A stretch of 57,412 nucleotides of DNA from Prorocentrum cordatum (taxonomy: Eukaryota). The notes below the pieces were generated by a model. The model ran no database searches and had not been told where the DNA came from. It saw only the letters and a list, made by a program, of their open reading frames with translations. The stretch spans positions 62,001-119,412 of the forward strand of contig CAUYUJ010000030.1 of assembly GCA_963575745.1 (NCBI GenBank). Direction: 5' to 3'. A program made the position numbers and the translations under genes. Shown piece by piece: positions 1-13,344 of the stretch. How positions within the stretch are numbered: position 1 is the stretch's first letter; the number at the start of each line of letters is the position of its first letter.

Positions 1-2983
1 GTGATTCGCCGTAGGCGTCTTCGATCCGCCGCCCCCTGTTGGCTTGCCACAGGGGTGCCTGGCGAATTAAATCCTTTCGGTTTGGGTTTTGTTTTTTCTA
101 CAAAAACTCCCTCTGGGGCTTTGGCCCAGCCCGCCGGGGTCCCGGAAGGGTTCGCCAGACTGCTCGAGAGGTGGTTCCAACAAGTTGTTCCTGCTCCAGA
201 TGGCTCCAAGATGGCCTCCAGGATGGCCAAGATGGCACCAGATGGCCTCCAAGTTCGCCCAAGATGGTCCAAGATGGCCTCCAAGACGGCCCAAGAGAGT
301 CAAAGATGCCTCCAAGTTCGCACAAGAAACCTCAAAGACGGCCCAAGACGCCCCCAAAGGTCTCCAAGAGGTTTCCAAGACGGCCCAAGAGGCCACAAAA
401 AAGTCCTCCACGAGAGCCCGAAGAGACCAAAATCATTTATGTTTTCCTTAGGTGTTTGAAGGAATCTGGCATTTGCTATTCTCCAGCCTTCCGACGACCC
501 AAGACGGCTCAAGAGGACCCCAAGATCGACCCAAGGTCGCCCAAGAGGCCTCCAAGATGTCCCCATGCGGCCCAAGAGGCTCCCGAGACGGCTCCAAGAG
601 GCCCGAGACGGCTCATCGCAGGGGTGCCTGGCGTGCTGGATCCTTTCGCTCTTGGTTTTGGTTCTTTTCCCAAAAGAACTCTCCCTGGGGCTTCGGCCCG
701 TCCCGCCGGCCACCCGAAAGGGACCTCGCAAAACATCCTCCAAGACGGCCTACGATGGCCTCCAAGACGGCCAAGATGGCCCAGCATGGCCTCCAAGATG
801 CCTCCAAGACTGCCAAGATGGCCTCCAAGACAGCGAAGATGGTCCCAAGATGCACCCAAGACGGCCCCAGATGGCCTCAAGATGGTCTAAGACGGCCCAA
901 AAGGCCCAGAAGAGGCCTCCAAGACGGCCCAAGAGCGCTCCAAGGCGTCCACCAGAAGGCCCGAAAGGGCCACAATCATTGATGTTCCTTGGGTGTTTGA
1001 AGGATGTTGGCATGTTCTTCTTATCAGCTCTCCGACGGCCCAAGACGGCCCAAGAGGCCCCCAAGACGGCCCCAAGAAGAGCCCAAGACGGATCAAGATG
1101 ACCCCGAAGACGTCGAAGATGGCCTCCAAGACGGCCCAGCATGGCCTCCAAAATGCCTCCAAGACGGCCAAGAAGGCCTCCAAGACAGCGAAGATGGCCC
1201 CAAGATGCACCCAAGACGGCCCCAAATGGCGTCAAAATGGCCTTAGACTGCCCAGAAGGCCCGCAAGAGGCCTCCAAGACGGCCCAAGAGCCCTCCAAAA
1301 CGTCCTCCAAGAAGGCCCGGAAAGCTCGGAAACCACCTGGTCCGATAGCTCGCCCGACTCCGTGTTCACCGAAGGCTTTCGAAACCCACTCGGGAAACGC
1401 GTGGCCCGATAGCTTGGCCAAGCTCAAAAACAACGTTCAGCCACGCAGGCGCTTCCAAAAAGGCAGGAGGCGGCGGTGATTCGCCGTATGCGTCTTCGAT
1501 CCGCCGCCCTCTGTTGATTCATCACAGGGATGCCTGGCGTGCTGGGTCCTTTCGCTTTTGGATTTGGTTCTTTTCCAAAAAGAACTCTCCCTGGGGCTTC
1601 GGCCCGTCCCGCCGGCCACCCGAAAGGGACCTCAACGACTGCAAAACATCCTCCAAGACGGCTCAAGATGGCCTCTAAGATGGTCACGTTGGCCCAAGAT
1701 GGCCTCCAAGATGGCCTCCAAGTCGCCAAAGATGGTCCGAGATGGCTTCCAAGACGGCTCGAGAGAGTCAAAGATGCCTTCAAGTTCTTCCAAGAAGCCT
1801 CCAAGACGGCCCAAGATGGCTCCAAGATGGCCTAAGACTGGCCAAGAGGCCCCCAAGAGGCCTCCAAGACGTCCTCCAGGAAGGCCCGAAAAGGCAAAAA
1901 TCATTGATTGTCCTTACGTGTTTGAAGGATGTTGGCATGTTCTTCTTATCAGCTCTCCGACGGCCCAAGACGGCCCAAGAGGCCCCCAACATCATCCCAA
2001 GAGCGCCCAAGAGGCATTCAAGATGGCCGGACAGCCCAAGAGACCCACAAGAGGGCCCCAATAAGAGCCCAAGATGGCTCAATATGGCCCCTAAGACACC
2101 GAAGATGACCCCCAAGACGGCCAAGATGGCCTCCAAGATGCCTCCAAGACGGCCAAGAAGGCCTCCAAGACAGCGAAGATGGCCCCAAGACGCACCCAAG
2201 ACGGCCCCAGATGGCATCAAGATGTCCTAAGACTGCCCAAAAGGTCCGCAAGAGCCCTCCAAGACGGCCCAAGAGCCCTCCAAGACGTCCTCCAGGCAGG
2301 CCCGAAAGGGTCGAAATGGCATCCAAACGGCCAAGATGACCTTCAAGGTGCCTCCAATTTCGAACGAAAAACTATGAACTTCGCAATATGGTTCGAAAGA
2401 CAATCAAGGACCTCAAAGTCCACGACAGATCCCTCCAAGACGGCCCAGGACGGCCTCCAAGATGCGTCCAAGATAGCCAAGATGGCACCAAAAAAGCCCA
2501 AGATCACTCCAATTTGGCCCCCGTAACCGTCAGAACAAAAATGCTTCCAAGACCGTCAAAGATGGCCCAATTGAGCCCCACAGAACCTCAAGAGGCTCCC
2601 CAGAGGACCCTTCCTCCCTTCACCTTTTTCCTCACTCTCCTCCTCTTCCCCATCCTCCTCCACGTGTTCCCCGAAAGCTTTCCAGACCGATTTGGGGAAC
2701 ACTCGGTCCGAAAGATTGGCAAGGATCCGACCCAACCTTCGGCCAGCAGGCCCCAAGACCCTTCCCAAAGCTCACACGAGCCCCCAAGGGGGCCCGAACA
2801 CGCCCATTCCTCACTATCCTCCTCTTCCCCGTCCTCCCCCACGTGTTCCCCGAAGGCTTTCCAAACCGAGCCGGGGAACACATGGTCCGATAGCTTGGCA
2901 GGGCTCTGGCCTCAACGTTCGGCCACATAGGCGCTTCCGAAAGGGCAGGGGGCGGCTGTGGCTCGCCGTAGGCGTCTTCGATA
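1..2983. repeat. Head-to-tail array of ~1.48-kb units built from degenerate CCAAGAYGGC/CCAAGAGGC subrepeats
   Basis: The terminal motif GTGRYTCGCCGTAKGCGTCTTCGAT recurs at 1, 1477 and 2958 (spacing 1476 and 1481). The head motif CAGGGRTGCCTGGCG...CCTTTCG recurs at ~49, ~619 and ~1525. The interior is dense with ~10-nt CCAAGACGGC-like subrepeats. Confidence 0.85.
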
Positions 2984-3090
2984 TCACATGAGCATGGCGG
3001 ATGAATTTCGATTCACATTCACGTCTACCGGGCATGCGCGGGCCCTCAAGAAAGGGTGCAGGCCCGACCAGCACCCCGTTGTCCAGCACG

Positions 3091-3395
3091 CAGGAGGAGG
3101 AGGAGGAGGAGGAGGAGTAGGAGGAGGAGGAGGAGGAGGAGGAAGAAAAGGAGGAAGGCGGAGGAGGAGGAGGAGGGCGGAGGTGGTGGAGGAGGAGGAG
3201 GAGGTGGATGAGGAGGTGGGCGGGAAAGAGGGGGAGGAGGGAGAGAGGACGAGAAGGAAGAGAGAGGAGGAGGAGGAGGAGGGAGAGAGGAGAAGGAAGG
3301 GAAGGCAGAGGAAGGCGGAGGAGGAGAAGAGAAAGAAGGAAGAGAAGGAAAATGAGAGGGACGGAAGGAAGAGGCAGAGGGAGGAGGGAGTAGCG
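3091..3395. repeat. (GGA)n / purine-rich low-complexity tract
   Basis: Read directly from the sequence. Confidence 0.9.
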
Positions 3396-5174
3396 GGATA
3401 ACAGAAATGGGGAGCAGCAGGAATCGTAGCATTGGAAAAAGAGAACTACACGTTCGTGACCCTGGGCAAGGCCATCACAAGCCCACGATCTGTGCATACG
3501 CCCTCCCAGTTTGGCCAGGGCGCACGCCAACCGATCATGGACCTGCGCTGGGCGAAGCGCAGGTCGGGCTGTGTGCAAAGTTCTCGTCGCCCAGCAAGAG
3601 CAGCAACAGGCAGGAGGGGAGGCCTCCACGGCAGGTCGCTGCGCTGGCGGCTCTGCGTCAGTATGGGAGCCTCCTCGGGGCCGCCGCGGCAAAAGCAAGC
3701 GGGCCGCACTTCGAGCCCACCCTCGCGGGCGAGGGCCACGAGAAACCACCACGAGGGGCCACGCGACTGCGGGGCGACGGGCGATCACATCGCATCCTGT
3801 GCCCCACCCCGCAAACACGAGGGGCACAAGGGCCAACAAAATCACGGCGCCATGCGCTTTCGAGGCTACGAAAATTAATATACCCCCGCGGGCCACGGGG
3901 GGGCACAGGACGGAGAGCCAAAGAATCGACTCGTGAGCCCCACGGGGAGACCACGGGACCACGAGCAGGCAAGTCGACTCCTCGGCCCCGAAGCCGAAAC
4001 ATGAGGCCACGAGGAGCCATGTGGCCACGAGCAGTCGGATCGGCTCCACAATCCACGTACACACAAACAAACACACACAGATACACACGCGCACACACAC
4101 ACACACACGCACACACACACACACACACACTCTTTTTTTAGTCGGCAGCGCAGAGGGACCTCAGGCGCGGTCTGCAGGTGGAGGCGCCACTCGCGAGCGA
4201 ACTTAGTCCAACGCGCCATGATGAAAGAGCCCACTCATGAGTATGCAGATTGGTGGTGAGAGCGAGGCGCTGGAATGGAAAAGTGCAGCTGCCCAAAAGC
4301 CCGAGGAGCATACCACACAGTTCGAAGCGCAAGCAACTGTCTGGTGCGAACTGCATAACTAGAAGGCTCCTACGAGACCAGTCAACCTGGTGGCGGTGCG
4401 TACACGCAGGGAACGGCGCAACGATGCAACGCCACCGACCTTGCAGTGATCAAGTAACGGAAGAGCGACCGTGCAACTGATGTATGAGGTCGGCAGTGAT
4501 AAATATGATCACGCGACCAAGGCTGGCTTGGCCTTGGACAAACAAAACCAGAGCCGAACGCGGGCGACCGCGAACAGCAACCGCGAAACGTGGCGGCGCT
4601 CGTGGGCGGTGGACACGGCGCGGGGTTGGTCGAGCGTGCAGTGCAGACGCCAGCGTTAAAACAACATACCCCAACCGCAACCAGAGCCGCGAAGGGCTAC
4701 CGGCGAGGCACAATAAATCAAAGCCAAGCAAGACGGGGCACACGATCTAGCCCCCAAAAAGACTTGACGCATCACCGCGAAGGTCGCGCCATTCCGACCA
4801 ACGGCGACAAACAAAACAGAAGATAAGCAAAGTTTTACCGCCGGCAAGATATGCCAACGCTCAAACAAAAGAGGACAGACCCTCGCTGTGGTGACGACAC
4901 GGAAGGAGGAGAAGGGAGAGGGCGGGGGACGCAACACGAGCAAAAGCAAGGGAGGAGCCCAGAGAGACGACGGCGGAAGACCCCACGACACGGCTGACCC
5001 GCGACGCGACCGACCGACGGCCGCGAGGACCAAGCGACCCCCGCGACCCCAAGGGGAGGGGACCGACGAACCACCGATGAGGGAAGCTGCCGGCAGAGCA
5101 AGCTGACATACAGCTGCCCAACAGGGGCAGCGAACTGCACCCCAAGCTGCGGACGCAGGATGCACAGAATTAAA

Positions 5175-6045
5175 AGGCCGCGGCCAAGCCGGTCCGCACC
5201 CCATGTCAGGGCGCAAGCAGCAAGGCGGTGAGGCTGCCGCCAATCCGGCTGCCAGACGGAGGAGAAGGCGCCGACCCCGAAAAGTGCCACGTGGAAATTG
5301 CCACGCGCACCTGAGAGTGGCGCAACAAAACCAGTGCCTCGGGCAACACATTGGTGGTGTAAGCAAGGCAGCACCCGACCGAGTACCACGAGATACCCCG
5401 AAGTTGCAATCTAGCCAGGCGCCCAAAAGTCCTCCACCTAAGTCGGTAAGGCAATACAGCAGTTGGCCACAAGAATGGCAACATGGCGCAGCACGAGGCT
5501 GAAGCGAACAGTCCCAGGGCGAGACCGGGGGAACACGCAAAACGACAAACGGGCCGCAGCCAAGCTGGCCCACAACCCACGTCAAGCGCAGGCAGCGAGG
5601 CGGAAGGCCGACGCCAGGTCCGAAGGACAGACGGAAAAAAGGCGCTACCGCACAAGGTGGCACGAGGAAAATTTGCCTCGTGCAACCGAGTGGAGCGCAA
5701 TAGAGCCAACAGCACGGCCAAGCACCATGAAGGCTTCCCCCGATGACCAGAGGTGCGCGCAACGCTAAAGAGGCGGGCCGCGACCAAGCCGACCCACAAC
5801 CTTGCTGGGGCGCAAGCAGCGAGGCGATAAGGCCAACGCCATGTCCAGCGCACAGGCGGAAAAAAAAAAAGGCGACACAAAGTGGCACGAGGAGATTAGC
5901 TCGCGCAGCCGAGTGAAGCCCAAAAAGTCAATAGCTAGGACAAAAACATAGGTGGTGTAGGCAAGGCACACGGCCGAGTACCAAGAAGACTTCCCCCGAG
6001 GCAGAGGCCAGCAGGGCGGCCAAAAGGTCCTCACCGCCTCACCGC
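5175..6045. repeat. Diverged tandem duplication (about 3 partial units of 200-370 bp)
   Basis: GGCCGC(G/A).CCAAGC...GCGCA(A/G)GCAGC(A/G)AGGCG...GTG(C/G)CACG recurs at ~5176, ~5552 and ~5776. GGTGGTGTARGCAAGGCA...CCGAGTACCA recurs at ~5353 and ~5951. Confidence 0.6.
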
Positions 6046-8451
6046 TTAAGGCGACGAGACGCAAAAACTAAAAGGCCCGCTAACAGCGCCGTGGGACAGG
6101 CCACGAGGCAATTGTAGGGCGTGAAGAAGAAGCCCGCCACATCGGCAGTCACCCCGCGGAGTGGGGGTCAGGGCAGGGAGCGGCGACAAGCGACGTCGCA
6201 ACGACATGCAGTGGCGCGCAAGGACGAGAACAAAAGGGAAGAGCCAGAGCAGGGCGGAGCGAAGGGACCCTCCCGCCAGCAACGCCGCACCAAACATGGG
6301 TAAGGGTAGCCCTCAAATCACTTAGTTTGCAGAGCATGGGGGCAAAGCATAGCCTCAGACCAGCTCGCGCCACCGTTCGCAGCACGATGTCGCCCTCGAG
6401 CGTCCTGTCGGCATCGCTCCCCCTCCTCTTGGAGATATTGACCGGCCGAAACATGGTTGGGGGACATGGACGAAAATGAAGTGGGCCACTGCGAAAATGG
6501 CATTCGCCGTCCTACGTGTTGCACATGACGCACAACGGTGTGCGGTGTCCAAGAACAAATATTCTGCAGCCTGGCAGCCTACCTTCGTGGCCACGCCACA
6601 GTCCAAACATGGCCTCACCAAAGTCCTGCGAACAGCCTCGTAGAGGATCTGATTCCACCTGCTGTGCGCTACCTCCTTGGCAATAACACGCTGCGAGACC
6701 CCACAGGGGGAATTGGTGTAAATGAGAGGACCCGCAGGCCCATCGAAGACCCCTGCATGCGAAGCACGTGCTTATACCACACAAGCAGGTCCCACAAACT
6801 GGCGTCCTCTGCCTTGGCAGCCACTGTTCGGATGGGATTGGATGCACCGCATACACACACACACACGCACACACACACACACTTGTGTAGATTCCTCCAA
6901 CGCGCGGCTGAGTCCAAACCACAGAAGCATGGTTACAGGCTCACGCTCAACACGAATCAACTCCCTTGTAAAATGGCGCGGAGACGAGGGCCAGGAAGAA
7001 GCGTGTCGGCGCAGCCAGGCCCGCAAAGCCGGCCGGAGCAGGAAAAGCAACCAGAACCGTGGCAGAGCCAGGCGCAGCCGGCGGATGAGGCAGGCGGAGA
7101 AGGAGCGGGGGGCCACCGTACGAACGGCGCCCGGTGCGCAGGAGGCTGAGCCGCGGGCGGGCGCGGGGGCCAACGGCAGGCCAAGCCGAAGGCGTGAAAC
7201 CGCGAGTACAGGCGGGCCAGGCTTAGCTCAATTACAACCTGGCGTTGCAGATGGGGGATACGCACAAACAACACACACACACGCACGCACGCACGCACGC
7301 ACACACGCACGCACGCACACACACGCACACACACACACACACACCACACACACACACACATATATGAAAGCCGCGAGGGGCCGCAGCACCGTGCGGCCAC
7401 GAACAGCAGAATCGCCTCGCGAATCCAGGCCTGCACGCGAGGGTGCCACGGGCAGCCAAGTCCACTCCTGAGCCCCACACCGCACGCGTGGGCCAGGATC
7501 CTCCTGAGCACGGGGGTCCGGGGACGGGGTGCCACAGGCAACGAGCAACCGTCTCGCCTTGTGAGCCCCAACACCCTGCGCCCGATACCCCCGCGTGATG
7601 GCCGCGAGAACCAGGGGCACCAATTGAGGCTACTGGCAGCCGAATCGGCTCGGGAACCCCATCCCACACATGCAAGGGCCTCTGGGGACTGCGGGGCCAC
7701 GGGTTCACTGGCAGCAGATTCGCCTGGCGACCCCCACCCCACGCACGAGGGTCACGATGCCCAGGGAACGCCCTTGATGCGTACGAGCCAGTCCTTCTCC
7801 TGCGGACCCTCCTGGAGCAGAGGCGCTCTTCTCCGACGGGCTCGACGCACCCGCAGCCTGCGCCGGCGCCGGCGCGCCTGCCTGGGGGCACGCCCCCGCG
7901 GCGCCGCCGCACCTCTGTCCCGGCGGGCCCTCGCCCTGCCGGAGAGCTCCCGCGCCCGCGCCAGAGGACTCCGCCCCCTTCGCCCCAGAGCCGGAGCCCC
8001 GCGGTTCAAGAGGGGGGAGGTGCAGTCAAGACGCTGAAACAAGGACCCCTTCGGGCTCAGGAGGGGCTCTGTTTTTGGGGGGGCCGCTCCTTGGATCTGG
8101 GTCGTGGAACCTATTCGTGGCCGAGGCTCGCCATGGTCTGAAAAGCCGCTTGGTTCCTTACTCAGCGTTCCTTCTGGTAGAACCCTGACTGTTTGTGTAT
8201 GCGCTGGCCCTGGCCTGGACCATCCTGGGCCCACGGCCGGGGAGGCATGTGCGCCGATCCTGGGCCCAGGATGGGTCCGGCGTGTGTGCACATCCCTCGT
8301 GGCCCAAGCTTAGGAAGGGAGGAGGGCCCAGTCAGGGCTGACTGGAGAGGACACGCGAGGGGGACACGAGACCCCTTCCGAGAGCCATACTGCCAAAGGA
8401 GTGCGGAGGGCATGGGTCGCCGACACGAGAGTACACTTGATTTGGCAGGGT

Positions 8452-8678
8452 CGACCTGCGGTAGGTTCGTGCGGCGTTGGCGCGCGCAAAGGTTTTCGAC
8501 ACCTCGTCGATCGTTCAACCTTGAATCGAACGCAGCCCAGATCGTTCGAGGTTGAATTCCGTCGGGTCTGGTGGCGCCACCGTGTCCCTCGATGCGTCCC
8601 GCGTCGCAGAATTCGATCTTGAACGCCTTCGCTGGCGTAGCCGGCGCGCCAACGCCGCATGAACCTACTGGTAGGTCG
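8452..8678. mobile_element. MITE-like / foldback element with ~34-bp terminal inverted repeats
   Basis: GTAGGTTCGTGCGGCGTTGGCGCGC (8461-8485) is the reverse complement of 8644-8668 with 1 mismatch, and pairing extends through CGACCT/AGGTCG. There is also an inner hairpin at 8514-8556. No TSD found. Confidence 0.55.
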
Positions 8679-9882
8679 GGCATGTCCCCCTACAGGCCGA
8701 TTTTGGACGAAAAATCAACAATGCAAAAAAAAATGGTCAAACATAGTCAAGAATCGTCCCCTGACTATTGGTTGAACTATGTTTGAACTTTCTTCCTGTA
8801 GAGGGACAAGCCCGACTGAAACCTACCGTACTGACAGGGGGGGAGGATGGCAGGCGCGCGCGGCGTGAGCTCCCCACCTGCGGCGGTGGGCCCTGGGCGG
8901 ACGGTGCGCGGCTGTGGCCGCCGCCCTCCGCCGCCGGCGCAGGGCAGAGCACCTCTGAGCACCGCTTCACCGGTCCTCGGTCCTCTTCGATCCTCGATCC
9001 TCCTCGATCCTCGATGCTTCGAGAGGCATCGACGGCATCGATCCTCGACCCTCCTCTGACCTCCGTTTCGCCGACCCCCATTCCCCACTGGAGTGGCCTG
9101 GGCCCCACTGGCCGATTTACCCCCCTGGATGGGGATGTAGGCTGCTCCCTTCGGGTGTCGAGGGGCCTATCCCCAACAACTGGGATGGTGGGATGGTGGA
9201 GCTGAGGTACCATGGCCCAGTGGGGATGGGGATCGGCGAACGGATTCTGAGCACCGCTGGGTGGTGCGCCGCCCGGCGAGCGCGGTGCGCGATCCAGCTG
9301 CAGCAGTGCTTGGCGGCGACGGCCGCCGCCGCGGCTGCCGCTGCGCCCGGCAGCAGCAGCGGCACGGCCGCCATGGCCCGCGGTGCCCATGCCCCTCGGC
9401 AGACGGAGCCAAAACGGCTGTCGGGGAGCAGGCAGGTAGGCAGTGAGGGGGGGGAAGCGTACATACCCCCACCCTGGGAAGCCCCGCTGCCAGCACATGC
9501 CGAACTGACCGCTGGATGGATAGAGGGTGCAAATGACAATGGATGAATGGCATGACATGGGATGGGCGGGCGTTGGAATTGCACCGAGAACTGACACATC
9601 AGTTGTTCGCACGTGCGCAAGATGGAATGGCAGCGCGCTCGTGGTTGGCGAGGGCACGGGGTGATGAATGTGGTTATCTGATTTCGGTTAGCTGTTTTTT
9701 TTTCTGCTCCCACTCTCTACTGTGCACCCTCCCCTTCTACATGTCCTTTCTACCCTCCGCCCTCTACTTGCCACTCTCTGCCTTCTACTCTATGCTCTCT
9801 GCTTTCTGCAGGCGTTCTGTGCTCTGTTCCGTGCTCTCTATTCTCTGATGCGTGCTACATACTCTTCGCATTATACTCAATG

Positions 9883-9916
<34 letters not shown>

Positions 9917-9929
9917 ATAGGTTTATGTT

Positions 9930-9965
<36 letters not shown>

Positions 9966-10828
9966 CTTGATAGATTCCCCAAATAAGGTTTTCCCTTTGA
10001 GTGTCTTACTCCCCTTCTAAGGAATTGGGCCCGTCTGTTGGCACGGCGGCCCCTTTCCCATCATTCGCCGCAGCCCAGTTGCCCCTCGCTCCCCCCCCCG
10101 CTGCAACCCCCCTTTGGTATCGCAGGCTTCGCATTGCTTCGCATTGCATCGCATTACAATGATTTGCAGTGGTTTGCAGTGGTTTGAATTCCTGTGCATC
10201 GAATTTCGTTGCTGCGCATTGCCTTACACTGTATTGCATTGCTTTGCCGTGCTTCGCATTGCTATACATTGCTTTGCATGACTATGCTGTGCTTTGTATT
10301 GCGTTGCGTTACTTTGCGCCACATAAGTTGCGCCACACGGATTGCACACCCTAGATTGCACCACGTTCATTGCACCACCTGGATTGCAAGAAATCACGGC
10401 TTTGTGTCCACTCTGGCTAACATTGTTTCTACTTCCTCGAACTACAACCTCCTATGAAACCCTTTCTCTGTGTGTCTCTCTCTCTCTCTCGCTCTCTCTT
10501 TCTCCCCAGGGTCTCTCTCTCTCTCTCTACTCTCTCTATTCTCTCCTCGTTCGCTACGAGAATCCGAAAACTCGCCCGCTGGAATCGGCACGGACCTTCC
10601 ACAAAGAAACAGACTTGGAACCGGGGAGCCCGGCTGCCCAGCGAAATCCAACAGAGTTCGATAAATCCAAGCATCGAATGAAAACCCAGGCCCCGAAATC
10701 GGGAATGCGGGAGCCTGGCTGCCCACCGAAACCGGCCCGCTCTCGCCAAAGTCCTTATAGCTTCGGCGAGGACCGCTTTCAGTGCAGGCGCTGATTGGGG
10801 AATCGACCGTACTGTGTGGGAAGAATGT

Positions 10829-11617
10829 GGAGGAGGAGGAGGAGGAGCAGAAGGAGGAGGAGGAGAAAAAGGACGAGGAGGAGGAGGGGACTGTGGAGGA
10901 GGAGGAGGACGAGGAGGAGGAGGACGAGGAGGAGGAGGACGAGGAGGAGGAGGAGCAAGAGGAAGAGGAGCAGCAGCAACGCCAATTTGGAGGCTCCACC
11001 TCGGCCTCCATCGTCGCGTCCTCCTCCTGTTCCGCGTCCTCCTCCTGTTACTGTTCCTCCTCCTCCTCTTCCTCCTCATCCTCTTATTCCTCCATCTCCT
11101 ATGGATCGTCAAATGTGTGCCCTGGTTATTTTACGTTAGAGCGATTTCAAGCGCGAACTTGCAATGGCGACCTCTTGCTCAACCTCCTCATATCTTTCCC
11201 ATCATCCTCACCCTCTCATCGCCCTCACCACTTCATCATCGTCGTCGTCGTCATCATCATCACCACGATCATCATCATCACCACCATCACATCATCATCT
11301 GCAAAAGCAGCATCCACGTCATCATCGTCATCATCGTACTCAGCATCGACATCATAATCCTCATCATCGTCATCAGCATAACCATCATCAGCAGAACCAG
11401 CATCATTACCATCAACATCACTATAATCATCATCATCTCCATCACCACAAACGTCCACATCATCATAATTATCACCACAATCATCATCAGACTCATCAGC
11501 ATCACCATCAGCATCATCACCGTCACCATCACCATCACCATCACCATCATCATCCTCGGACCCATCCTCCTCATCATCATTACTAGAACCACCACCATCA
11601 CCATCGCCATCACCATT
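10829..11617. repeat. Compound trinucleotide tract: (GGA)n, (CCT)n, then (CAT/CAC)n
   Basis: Read directly from the sequence. Confidence 0.9.
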
Positions 11618-12368
11618 ACACAGCCGGGAACAAAGCCATACCGAAATCAACAATACGATCGTCCTGAATAATCTGCAGACGGCAGCGCCCATAGAGGATC
11701 ATTAGGTTATATTCGCCTTTCAATATCGGCAGCGTGTGCAGGTCTGCACCATGGGCCAAGTTATTGATATGCCCTGCTTTGGCTTGCGCGCCCGGTGGCG
11801 ACCAATGCAGACGAGACGCTGTTCCGTAACATTGACACGCGGACGTCGCTTCATGCGACGGGCCCATCCTGGTCTGATTCAACATCGTGTCGGCTTCCAT
11901 CCCTGTGCCACTTCTGTTGTAAACTTTTTTCATGGGGATGGGAAATTCTGCCTAAGTGTTGGGTTTCCGCGCGATTCCCTCTCGTGTATTAGCGTGCCGC
12001 CCTGTGGGTCCTGTGGGGCGTGTGAAATGTGTGCCCCTGTGTAACTTGTGCGAGTTGTGAGACCTGCGAAACATGCGGGACCTTGGCGACTTGCGGGGTC
12101 GGTGGGTCTTGCAGGACATGCGCGACCCGTGCGACAAACGAGACTTGTGGGAGCTGTGGGGCCTGTAAGACCTGTGGGGCCCGTGCGAAACTTCTGCGAG
12201 ACCTGCGGGACCTGTAGGGCTTGTGGGAGCCGTGGGGCCTGTGGACCTGTGGGACTCGTGGGACCTGCGAGGCCTGTGGGACCATTGAGACCCGCGGGGC
12301 CTGTGAGACTTGTGCGACCTGCGATGTGGGGGACATATGGGGCTGACGATACCAAAAGGGCCTGTAGG
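11618..12368. repeat. Dispersed repeat, copy 1 (complex segment followed by CCTGTGGGA-type subrepeats)
   Basis: Aligns by eye with 20012-20795, e.g. ATCTGCAGACGGCAGCGCCCA, TGCTTTGGCTTGCGCGCCCGGTGGCGAC and GGGTTTCCGCGCGATTCCCTCTCGT. Confidence 0.85.
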
Positions 12369-12839
12369 GGGTGGTCCAACAAACCGCGTTGACGACCCGG
12401 CGGGGGGCGAGTTCTATAATATAAATTTACACGCGGAACGCAGTTTAGGTTGCCCTGCGATCCCAATTAACGATCGGGCGGGTGCGGTTTAAGCGTGTCG
12501 ACGCACACGCAGAGCGCACTTCGCGCAAAGCGGCGCGCCCCGGCGTGCCCACTTTACGATATGGTTGTTCCGCGCCTGGTGCGTGCGAGAAATAAGACGG
12601 GGAACATCCATCGCAAAGTGGGCAACGTTTTTAATCAAACAAATTAAAACTGTTCTTACTTTGTGGGATTCAAACAGTTCCACTTTACGATGGATGATGT
12701 CCGCTCTCTCTTTACCTAACAGCGAAGACTGATAGGTTTCTAGTGGGATCAAAAGAGCTCACAGATCACTCCACAGGGGGGTCCGGGCAGGTGTTGGGAG
12801 TTGCCGGGCGGCAGGTGCCGGGCTCGTTTTTCACCAACA

Positions 12840-13333
12840 GTCACACACTTCGTGCTCTTCGACTTCCCAGAACTCCATTCCCAGGCCACATTCTCAATAC
12901 CTGGATGCAACAGTCACACACAACGTGCTCTTCGAGATCCCAGAACGCCATTCCCGGGCCACATTCTGAATAACCGGATGCAACAGTCACACACTTCGTG
13001 CTCATCGACATCCCAGAACGCCATTCCCGGGCCACATTTAGAATAACCGGATGCAACAGTCACACACTTCGTGCTCTTCGAGTTCCCAGAATTCCATTCC
13101 CGGGCCACATTTTGGATGCCCGGAGCCAACTGTAGGCCACTTCGTGCTCTTCGAGTTCCCAGAACTCCATTCCCGGGCCACATTTTGAATGCCCGGAGCC
13201 AACTGTAGGCCACTTCGTGCTCTTCGAGTTCCCAGAACTCCATTCCCGGGCCACATTTTGAATGCCCGTAGCCAACTGTAGGCAACTTCGTGCTCTTCGA
13301 CTTCCCAGAACTCCCATTCCTGGGCCACATTTT
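12840..13333 (+). repeat. 73-bp tandem satellite (~7 copies); about 2 more copies at 14290-14430
   Basis: Unit CACTTCGTGCTCTTCGAGTTCCCAGAACTCCATTCCCGGGCCACATTTTGAATGCCCGGAGCCAACTGTAGGC. Confidence 0.92.
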
Positions 13334-13344
13334 CAGCAGGGGCA

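Noticed and set aside
1..2930. Many overlapping ORFs (MASKMA/PRRP/QDG peptides)
   Set aside because: They are translations of stop-poor CCAAGAYGGC repeats, open in several frames on both strands, with no domain signal.
12840..13333. 73-bp array (and the 78/90-bp arrays at 34.5-38 kb) as a CRISPR array
   Set aside because: Whole units are repeated with no unique spacers, no cas genes are present, and the context is eukaryotic.
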